Positions 56,629 through 64,000 of a stretch of 64,000 bases of DNA are shown here, piece after piece; position 1 is the stretch's first letter; each line of letters opens with the position of its first letter. The notes under the pieces are model-generated. The model worked only from the letters and a program-made list of their open reading frames with translations. It ran no database searches and had not been told where the DNA came from. Both the position numbers and the translations under genes were made by a program. Origin of the DNA: an uncultured virus (IMG/VR IMGVR_UViG_3300016474_001145) (Duplodnaviria; Heunggongvirae; Uroviricota; Caudoviricetes); the IMG/VR virus record IMGVR_UViG_3300016474_001145, positions 1 through 64,000 of that record; one strand, written 5' to 3'.

Positions 56629-58002
56629 TTATCTCGCATTGTATGCTATTTCTTTTTCAGTTTTATAGTCATATTTTGGAACCTTATTAGGATTTTTTTC
56701 CCATAATTCTTTAGCTTGTTCACCAATTTTGCCCTCATATGGGCAAGGTGTACCAGCAGCCATCATTGCTTCCCATACTCTTCTGTCTTGACACATTGTT
56801 GCAACTGCAGCAACTTTCATACCCATATCGTAAAGTGTTTTACTTAACTTTAGTCTTTCACAGTTTAAATCTCTACTTGTTCCTCCTAGTGCCATGCCTA
56901 AAAATTGAGTTTGTACTGCACCTGATTGTCCTGTAGTACAAAGATCAGCTCCTCCCCCGCTCATCATTGCTGGCGCTATAGCAGTAGGGGGAGGTTGAAT
57001 TACTCTTTGTGTTATAGTTGTTTCATTGATATTTCTATTTGTCATATCACCAGTTTGAATATTCTGATTAACCGCTGTGCTAGTATTAACATTTGTATTT
57101 TGATTGTTAGATGTTGATACTGAGGTGGAATTGTTTATATTTCTATTTGTCATATCACCAGTTTGAATATTATTGTTTGTATTAGTTGTAGTAGCAGTCG
57201 TATTGTTTATATTTCTATTTGTCATATCACCAGTTTGAATATTATTGTTTGTGTTTACGTTTGTAGATGTACTAGTATTATTATTGTTATATGTCATAGT
57301 GCCAGTATTTACATTTTCATTTTTACTAACACTATTCGATACATTAATATTTGTATTTTTATTGTCACTAACACTAGTTGATGTATTAATATTTCTATTT
57401 GTCATATCACCAGTTTGAATATTATAGTTTGTGGCTGTACTCGTGTTTACGTTGTTATTGTTATAAGTCACAGTGCCGGACATTATGGTTCTATTAGTAT
57501 TGTCACTAGTAGTAGTGTTAATATTACGATTTGTCATATCGCCTGTTTGAATATTATTGTTTGTATTCACATTGATACTATTTGACGTACTTACATTATT
57601 GTTATTAAAGGTTTGCGTACCAGTATTTACATTGTTATTAGTGTAAGTTACGGATCCACTCATAACATTGTTATTAGTTACTGTTCCGCTTTGGATATTA
57701 TTATTAGTATTTACATTTGTCGAAGTACTAGTATTCACGTTATTATTTGTGCTTGTACTATTTACTGTACTATTATTGGTATTAGTGCTTGTACTCACAC
57801 TAGTATTATTGGTTTGAACGGAACTTGTACTATTAGATGTTGAATTAGTGTCTACTAAACTTTTGGAATCATAGGCACCTTGATTAATTGGGTTAATTGT
57901 GCTGGTAGTAGTACCATTAGTAGTTACTTGTGTACTTACATTTTGAGCAAAAACATTAGATACTGCTAATAATAAAAGCGCCGCAATCGCCGCTCTTAGC
58001 AT
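56629..58002 (-). CDS. Exported N/T-rich repeat protein with Cys-rich C-terminal domain
   Basis: MLRAAIAALLLLAVSNVFA|Q signal; five IQTGDMTNRNIN repeats; C-terminal CERLK...MCQD...TPCP. Confidence 0.75.
   Translation of the reverse strand: MLRAAIAALLLLAVSNVFAQNVSTQVTTNGTTTSTINPINQGAYDSKSLVDTNSTSNSTSSVQTNNTSVSTSTNTNNSTVNSTSTNNNVNTSTSTNVNTNNNIQSGTVTNNNVMSGSVTYTNNNVNTGTQTFNNNNVSTSNSINVNTNNNIQTGDMTNRNINTTTSDNTNRTIMSGTVTYNNNNVNTSTATNYNIQTGDMTNRNINTSTSVSDNKNTNINVSNSVSKNENVNTGTMTYNNNNTSTSTNVNTNNNIQTGDMTNRNINNTTATTTNTNNNIQTGDMTNRNINNSTSVSTSNNQNTNVNTSTAVNQNIQTGDMTNRNINETTITQRVIQPPPTAIAPAMMSGGGADLCTTGQSGAVQTQFLGMALGGTSRDLNCERLKLSKTLYDMGMKVAAVATMCQDRRVWEAMMAAGTPCPYEGKIGEQAKELWEKNPNKVPKYDYKTEKEIAYNAR
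57029..57555. repeat. 35-bp coding repeat: 4 identical copies (57029, 57137, 57209, 57389) plus one diverged (57521)
   Basis: ATATTTCTATTTGTCATATCACCAGTTTGAATATT. Confidence 0.85.
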
Positions 58003-58112
58003 TTAGATCTCCTAATTTCGTTAAAAGAACAAAATCAATATCGCAAAATCAGGATTACTACATAAATATTATATGCACAGGCATATTATGATTTAATTGA
58101 TCAACCTATCTA

Positions 58113-58141
58113 TTGACCATTCATTCAATAATATTTATAAT
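58113..58141. promoter_or_regulatory. Sigma70 promoter of gp43 (+) overlapping late promoter of minus-strand operon
   Basis: TTGACC-17-TATAAT (+); TATAAATA on minus at 58132-58139. Confidence 0.65.
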
Positions 58142-58164
58142 ATAGAATCCAATGGAGATTCTTG

Positions 58165-60654
58165 ATGCGCTTTTACACTAATGTAGTACAATTTGGTAAC
58201 AGAATCCTCGTCCGAGGAATAAATAATGGCAAACAAGTACAGGATCGTGTTGATTTCAGCCCCTGTCTTTTCGTCAGAAGTCCTAAACCCTCAAATTACA
58301 AATCATTATTTGGTCAAAATCTAGAACAGATTGACTTTGAATCAATCAATGAAGCAAAAGATTTTGTAAAAAGATATAAGGAAGTACAAGACTTTCCGAT
58401 ATTTGGTAATACCAATTTCGCCTATCAGTACATAACCAGATCATTTCCTAACGATATTGATTTTGATATTAGCCAGATTAAAATTTGGACAATAGACATC
58501 GAGACATCTGCAGAATTAGGATTCCCAGATGTTAATGATCCGTTAGAAGAAGTTTTATTGATCACTATTCAAGATTATAATACGAAGGATATTATTTCTT
58601 GGGGGTCTAAACACTGCGAAGCAATTAAAGAAAATCATAAGTATATTCGTTGTAAAGATGAATATGATTTATTGAAAAAGTTTATTGAACATATATCATT
58701 AGATTATCCCCATATTATTACTGGCTGGAACATTGAGTTTTTTGATATTCCATATCTTTGCAATCGAATTAGAAAGATTCTTGGTGAAGATTCAATGAAA
58801 CAATTATCACCGTGGAATATAGTAAACCAAAGAGAAATATCTCGTTTCAAGAGTATGGAAACGGTATTTGATATTATGGGTGTTTCTATTTTAGATTATC
58901 TAGATTTGTATAAGAAGTTTACATACACAGCACAGGAATCCTACAAATTAGATCACATTGCAAAAGTAGAACTTGGAAAAGAAAAATTATCATATGCCGA
59001 ATATGATTCATTTAGAATGTTCTATAAGAATAATTGGCAAAAGTTTGTTGAGTATAACGTAGTTGACGTTGAACTTGTAGATCAACTTGAAGATAAGATG
59101 AAGTTGATTGAATTGATTCTCACAATGGCATATGATGCTAAGTGTAATTATGTAGATGTATTCTCAGCTGTTAGAACCTGGGATTGTATTCTATGGAATC
59201 ATCTGTGGAAAAAGAATATAGTGGTTCACCAAAGAGATGAGTCTAGAAAGGGTCGACAGATTGAAGGGGCATTTGTACAAGAACCAGTACCAGGAAAATA
59301 TGATTGGGTAGTATCATTTGATGCGACTAGTCTTTATCCAAGTATTATCATGCAGTATAATCTTTCCCCGGAGACATTAGTACCAGGCGGGGCAGATGTA
59401 ACCGTTAATTCATTAATAAGTAAAGATCATACTCTGGATTCTCTAAGAGAGGATAATCTTTGTATGACGGCAAATGGTTACAGATTTAAAACAGACAAGC
59501 AAGGAATTTTTCCAGAGATCGTACAGAAGTTATTTGACGATCGACAAAAGTATAAGAAGTTAATGATTTCTGCTCAAAAGAAATATGAGGAAACAAAAGA
59601 TAAGTTATATCAGAAGGATATTGCCAAATTCAATAATTTTCAGATGGCAAGAAAAATTCAATTGAATTCTCTCTTTGGAGCATGGGGTAACGAATTTTTT
59701 CGTTTCTACGATGACCGAATAGCTGAGGGGATTACAATCACTGGGCAGTATATCATTAGAACTGTAGGTAAAGCTCTCAATGAATACCTTAATAAGATTT
59801 GTGGTAGTAACGATTATATCTATTCTTTCTATTCAGATACTGATGCATGTTATATTACGCTTGATCCCTTAGTGCAGAAATTCTATAAAGATATGCCAAG
59901 GGAAAAGGTAGTAGAAATACTTGACAAAATCTGTGATGAGAAAATAGAAAAGGCAATCAATAAGGCATGTGATGATCTCATGTCTTATACCAATGCCTTT
60001 GAAAGAAAGGTATACTTCAAACGAGAAGTTATTGCCGATCGAGGTATCTGGGTAGCAAAGAAAAGATATGCTTTGAATGTTTACAATAATGAGGGCGTTC
60101 AGTATAAGGAACCAAAGCTAAAGGTCATGGGATTGGAAATAGTTAGATCATCCACACCTGAACCAATTAGAGATGCTCTAAGAGAGGCAGTTAAATTGGC
60201 TTTGACAAAAACAGAAGCCCATATTCAAAAGTACATTCGAGAGTTTGAGGAAGAGTATAAGACTCTTAGAGCAGAGGACATTGCTTTTCCTAGAGGTGTG
60301 AATGGATTAGAAAAATATACCGATAGAGCAAATATCTATCGTCAAGGTACTCCGATGCATGTCAGAGGATCCTTATTATATAACTATCATCTTAAAGATA
60401 AAAAATTAGAAAAGAAATATGAATTGATACAAGAAGGGGATAAGATCAAATTTTTATATTTGAAAGAACCAAATATAATTGGCGAGAATTGTATCGCATT
60501 TGTTTCTTCCATTCCTGAAGAATTACAATTGACAAAATACGTCGATTATAATATAATGTTCGAGAAGTCGTTCCTTGAACCATTAACAACTATTCTAAAT
60601 GGTATCGGTTGGTCAGCAAAACCAAAAGCTACTTTAGAAGGGTTATTTGCTTAA
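58165..60654 (+). CDS. gp43: Family B DNA polymerase
   Basis: DIET, FDATSLYPSII, KIQLNSLFG, YSDTDA, KKRYAL; C-terminal TLEGLFA. Confidence 0.97.
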   Translation: MRFYTNVVQFGNRILVRGINNGKQVQDRVDFSPCLFVRSPKPSNYKSLFGQNLEQIDFESINEAKDFVKRYKEVQDFPIFGNTNFAYQYITRSFPNDIDFDISQIKIWTIDIETSAELGFPDVNDPLEEVLLITIQDYNTKDIISWGSKHCEAIKENHKYIRCKDEYDLLKKFIEHISLDYPHIITGWNIEFFDIPYLCNRIRKILGEDSMKQLSPWNIVNQREISRFKSMETVFDIMGVSILDYLDLYKKFTYTAQESYKLDHIAKVELGKEKLSYAEYDSFRMFYKNNWQKFVEYNVVDVELVDQLEDKMKLIELILTMAYDAKCNYVDVFSAVRTWDCILWNHLWKKNIVVHQRDESRKGRQIEGAFVQEPVPGKYDWVVSFDATSLYPSIIMQYNLSPETLVPGGADVTVNSLISKDHTLDSLREDNLCMTANGYRFKTDKQGIFPEIVQKLFDDRQKYKKLMISAQKKYEETKDKLYQKDIAKFNNFQMARKIQLNSLFGAWGNEFFRFYDDRIAEGITITGQYIIRTVGKALNEYLNKICGSNDYIYSFYSDTDACYITLDPLVQKFYKDMPREKVVEILDKICDEKIEKAINKACDDLMSYTNAFERKVYFKREVIADRGIWVAKKRYALNVYNNEGVQYKEPKLKVMGLEIVRSSTPEPIRDALREAVKLALTKTEAHIQKYIREFEEEYKTLRAEDIAFPRGVNGLEKYTDRANIYRQGTPMHVRGSLLYNYHLKDKKLEKKYELIQEGDKIKFLYLKEPNIIGENCIAFVSSIPEELQLTKYVDYNIMFEKSFLEPLTTILNGIGWSAKPKATLEGLFA

Positions 60655-60666
60655 TACGGAGTTAAT

Positions 60667-61728
60667 ATGTCGCTATTAGAAAAGTTAAAAAAGAATTCTA
60701 CAATTAAAGAAACAGAGATACTGAGTAAATCCAAATTTTTCTCCAAGAAGGATATGATTCAGACATCGGTGCCAATGATGAATGTGGCTTTGTCTGGGAG
60801 TTTAGAGGGAGGATTAACTCCAGGCTTAACTGTATTTGCCGGACCATCCAAACATTTTAAAACTGCTTTCTCATTACTTTGCGCAAAGGCGTACTTAGAT
60901 AAATATGAAGATGCTATTGTTCTATTTTATGATTCTGAGTTTGGTAGCCCTCAGTCTTACTTTGATAATTTCGGTATCGACCCAGCCCGTGTTCTTCATA
61001 CGCCCATAACAGATATCGAACAGTTAAAGTTTGATAGTATGCAACAGATCAATAATATTGAGCGCGGTGATCATGTTATGATTGTAGTTGATTCCGTTGG
61101 CAACCTAGCATCAAAGAAAGAAGTTGAGGATGCTTTAGAAGGTAAATCGGTCGCGGATATGACTCGTGCTAAACAGATGAAGTCATTATTTAGAATGGTA
61201 ACACCTCATCTAACAATCAAAGACATTCCAATGATTGTTGTGAATCATACGTATGCAGAGATTGGATTGTTCCCTAAACAGATTGTTTCTGGGGGCACAG
61301 GAATTTATTACTCAGCAGACAACATCTTTATCATTGGTCGTCAACAAGAAAAAGATGGAACAGATGTTGTGGGATTTAACTTTATTATGAATGTAGAAAA
61401 ATCTAGATTCGTAAGAGAGAAGTCTAAGATTCCTATTGAAGTATCTTTCGAGGGCGGTATCAGCACATGGTCTGGTTTACTAGATGTTGCTATGGACGGA
61501 GGCTTTGTAGTTAAACCTAGTAATGGTTGGTATGCCCACAAAGGATCAGAGAAAAAGTATAGGCAAAAAGATACATATACAAAAGAGTTTTGGTTGCCTA
61601 TTTTAACTAATAAAGAGTTTCGTGATTACATAGAATCCCAATATAAGATTGCTGGTACAGATATGGTTAGAAATCAATTATCAGACGAAGAATTAAACGA
61701 GGAGTTCGAAAATGCCAGTGAGTTATAA
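60667..61728 (+). CDS. uvsX: RecA-like recombinase
   Basis: AGPSKHFKT, YDSEFG, DSVGNLAS, GGTGIYYSAD. Confidence 0.96.
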   Translation: MSLLEKLKKNSTIKETEILSKSKFFSKKDMIQTSVPMMNVALSGSLEGGLTPGLTVFAGPSKHFKTAFSLLCAKAYLDKYEDAIVLFYDSEFGSPQSYFDNFGIDPARVLHTPITDIEQLKFDSMQQINNIERGDHVMIVVDSVGNLASKKEVEDALEGKSVADMTRAKQMKSLFRMVTPHLTIKDIPMIVVNHTYAEIGLFPKQIVSGGTGIYYSADNIFIIGRQQEKDGTDVVGFNFIMNVEKSRFVREKSKIPIEVSFEGGISTWSGLLDVAMDGGFVVKPSNGWYAHKGSEKKYRQKDTYTKEFWLPILTNKEFRDYIESQYKIAGTDMVRNQLSDEELNEEFENASEL

Positions 61729-62035
61729 ACTCTACACATTTAATGCAGAATTGATGGTTGAGGTATTGGACGGAGAATTTGCCTCTTCACGGTTTACTAT
61801 TAAAAATGTGAAGGGGAATTCTAAAGGGGACGGAGTTACTTTGGAATATGATATCTTTTCCCAGTGGCATCATCTTACTGAGGGGAAGAATGAATATGAT
61901 CTTTATAGCCAACCCTTTAAAGATATTCTAAGTCAGGTTGCAAATGATTTACTAACTAATCTAGTTGATATTCGAGTAAAAATAATTAACAAGGAAATTG
62001 AGGAATATGTTATACAGCCCTTGGCACAAGAGTGA
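61712..62035 (+). CDS. Hypothetical, possibly gp40-like
   Basis: Position uvsX-gp41; resembles next ORF (DGEFA..I..V). Confidence 0.5.
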   Translation: MPVSYKLYTFNAELMVEVLDGEFASSRFTIKNVKGNSKGDGVTLEYDIFSQWHHLTEGKNEYDLYSQPFKDILSQVANDLLTNLVDIRVKIINKEIEEYVIQPLAQE

Positions 62036-62264
62036 TAAATTATGGGGATTTAAAATAGATGAGGGCGAGTTTGCCGGCACTACTATTAGTATTAATGATG
62101 TTCAATTACCAGATAATAGTAGTGACTTAGTTATGGATTTTAATTATGTAACTTTGCCTGAAGGAAAAACTGAAAAAGATATGGAGTGTGAAGCATTTAA
62201 TCTAGTTGTCAGTACTATTTTAAACGATATTATTCTGAAAAACCTAACAGAGACAAAGACTTAA
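62007..62264 (+). CDS. Hypothetical, possibly gp40-like head vertex chaperone
   Basis: Position before gp41; GAGG RBS; EGEFAG...ILNDII. Confidence 0.55.
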   Translation: MLYSPWHKSDKLWGFKIDEGEFAGTTISINDVQLPDNSSDLVMDFNYVTLPEGKTEKDMECEAFNLVVSTILNDIILKNLTETKT

Positions 62265-63665
62265 ATGAGTTCAAAGATTGAAACTGTAATTCTACAGAAT
62301 CTAATCCACAATGATGATTTTATGCGAAAAGCGATCCCGTTTATAAAGCGGGATTACTTTTCTGACACTAATGAACAAAAGATCTATGACCAGATAAAAA
62401 AGTTTATTGATGATTTCAATGCTGTGCCTAATACAGATGCACTTATAGTTGCATTTCAAAATGATAAATCTTTAACTGACGATCAGTATAAAGAAATCAT
62501 ACAATATGTAAATGAACTTACACCTACAGAACATAATAGAGACTGGTTACTAACTGAGACTGAAAAATTTTGTAAGGATAAAGCTTTATATAATGCGATA
62601 CTTAATTCTATTTCCATTATTGATGGTCGTGATAAAAGCCTGTCAACCGACGGAATCCCACAGTTACTCCAAGACGCTCTCGCCGTATGTTTCGACAACA
62701 ATGTAGGGCATGATTATATTGATAATGCTCAGTCAAGATATGATTTTTATCATAAGGTAGAATCAAGAATACCGTTTGATCTAGACTACTTCAATAAAAT
62801 CACAAATGGTGGCCTACCAAATAAGACATTAAATGTAGTACTTGCTGGTACTGGTGTTGGTAAATCCTTATTCATGTGCCATGTTGCAGCATCTATTTTA
62901 GCTCAAGGTAAAAATGTCTTATATATTACTTTAGAGATGGCAGAGGAAAGAATTGCTGAACGTATTGATGCCAATCTAATGAATATAACAATGGATCAAC
63001 TAAAGGATTTACCTCGAGCACTTTTTGAAAATAGAATAGAAAAGATAAGAGACAAGACAACCGGCAAACTAATCATTAAGGAATATCCTACAACCAGTGC
63101 GCATGTAGGACATTTTAAAGCATTACTAAATGAGTTACAGCTAAAGCGTCAGTTTAAACCTGATATGATTATTGTAGACTATCTTAATATTTGCGCATCA
63201 TCTAGATTCAAAGCTGGCGCTAATATCAATTCCTATACTTTAATTAAGTCTATTGCTGAAGAATTACGAGGATTAGCAGTCGAGGAAAATTTGCCTATAT
63301 TATCTGCGACTCAAACTACAAGAGGTGGATATGGAAATACTGATGTTGAACTTACTGATACTTCAGAATCATTTGGTCTTCCTGCTACAGTTGATCTCAT
63401 GTTTGCCCTCATTGCAACTGAGGAACTTGATCAATTGAATCAGATCATGGTCAAGCAATTGAAAAACAGATATAATGATCCAACAATAAATAAAAGGTTC
63501 GTCGTCGGGATTGATCGAGCAAGAATGAAATTATATGATCTTGAGCAAAATGCTCAGAAAAATTTATCAGATTCAGGCGTATCATTAGACGAATCAAAAC
63601 TAGAAACATATGATATCAATTCTTTCTTCAAGAAGTCTCGTGATTATTCAGGGATAAAACTATAG
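62265..63665 (+). CDS. gp41: Replicative DNA helicase
   Basis: AGTGVGKS, TLEMAEE, IVDYLNI, SATQTTR, SESFGLP, QLKNRY. Confidence 0.96.
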   Translation: MSSKIETVILQNLIHNDDFMRKAIPFIKRDYFSDTNEQKIYDQIKKFIDDFNAVPNTDALIVAFQNDKSLTDDQYKEIIQYVNELTPTEHNRDWLLTETEKFCKDKALYNAILNSISIIDGRDKSLSTDGIPQLLQDALAVCFDNNVGHDYIDNAQSRYDFYHKVESRIPFDLDYFNKITNGGLPNKTLNVVLAGTGVGKSLFMCHVAASILAQGKNVLYITLEMAEERIAERIDANLMNITMDQLKDLPRALFENRIEKIRDKTTGKLIIKEYPTTSAHVGHFKALLNELQLKRQFKPDMIIVDYLNICASSRFKAGANINSYTLIKSIAEELRGLAVEENLPILSATQTTRGGYGNTDVELTDTSESFGLPATVDLMFALIATEELDQLNQIMVKQLKNRYNDPTINKRFVVGIDRARMKLYDLEQNAQKNLSDSGVSLDESKLETYDINSFFKKSRDYSGIKL

Positions 63666-63673
63666 GAGGCGTT

Positions 63674-63826
63674 ATGCTTTTTCCTCACCCAAATCAAAAT
63701 CCAATTCAAGAACAAACCGATCAAGATAAGATGCTTCTAAAAGAAGTACTTAATGATCAACCAAAAAAGATCAAGCAAATAGAAGAAGAATTATTTAATC
63801 ACGAACCGCCTGCGTTCACCGACTAA
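63674..63826 (+). CDS. Small hypothetical protein (50 aa)
   Basis: AGGAGG RBS; MLFPHPNQ...PPAFTD*. Confidence 0.55.
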   Translation: MLFPHPNQNPIQEQTDQDKMLLKEVLNDQPKKIKQIEEELFNHEPPAFTD

Positions 63827-64000
63827 ATGATAGTATCAGTTAGAAATGCTAGAGATAGATATCTAACATCTTTACTAAAGACAGCAGCAAATTTTTATGC
63901 TGGTATGCTGATGTCTCCCCAATTGATAAAACATTTAAGTATCAGAATCATAATATATGACAGCCTAGGCAAACATGCACAAGCATATTGCTGTCCAGAA
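63827..64000 (+). CDS. Hypothetical protein, truncated by window end
   Basis: ATG immediately after previous stop, frame open to end. Confidence 0.5.
   Translation, partial: MIVSVRNARDRYLTSLLKTAANFYAGMLMSPQLIKHLSIRIIIYDSLGKHAQAYCCPE

Noticed and set aside
57029..57555. CRISPR array
   Set aside because: Repeats are in-frame coding units with irregular, low-complexity intervening sequence; no cas genes

Overview
A 64-kb segment of an AT-rich T4-like (Tevenvirinae/Kyanoviridae-type architecture) myophage genome. Core genes in order: tail sheath (partial), tail tube, portal, prohead core/protease/scaffold, major capsid, gp3, uvsY, uvsW, gp55, gp47/46, vWA+AAA pair, gp45/44/62, regA, hsp20, tRNA-Met, gp43, uvsX, gp41. 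Three accessory islands interrupt the core. (1) 12.9-20.8 kb, at the position where T4 carries alpha-glucosyltransferase: a 7-deazaguanine cassette (QueE, FolE, QueD, DpdA-like transglycosylase, DpdL-like QueD paralogue; no QueC in the window) interleaved with two GT-B glycosyltransferases, GalE and a 2OG-Fe(II) oxygenase. The transglycosylase and one GT both end in SLEDLFA, matching the clamp-binding-type tail of this phage's DNA polymerase (TLEGLFA), and a preQ1-I-riboswitch-like pseudoknot precedes queD. This is the best candidate for an undescribed, replisome-coupled glycosyl/deazaguanine DNA hypermodification system. (2) 28-41 kb: a glycan island with a branched 3,6-dideoxysugar pathway, many GTs and methyltransferases. 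(3) 49-58 kb: a late-promoter island of exported/membrane proteins plus a class III nucleotidyl cyclase. Five free-standing homing endonucleases occur. One fractures uvsW into pieces tagged with non-catalytic intein-like fragments (with an in-frame TAG-TGA inside helicase motif V), one sits between a 5' tRNA remnant and an intact tRNA-Met, and one lies between 59-bp direct repeats that duplicate the gp62 3' end. All calls come from motif recognition by eye; no database searches were run.
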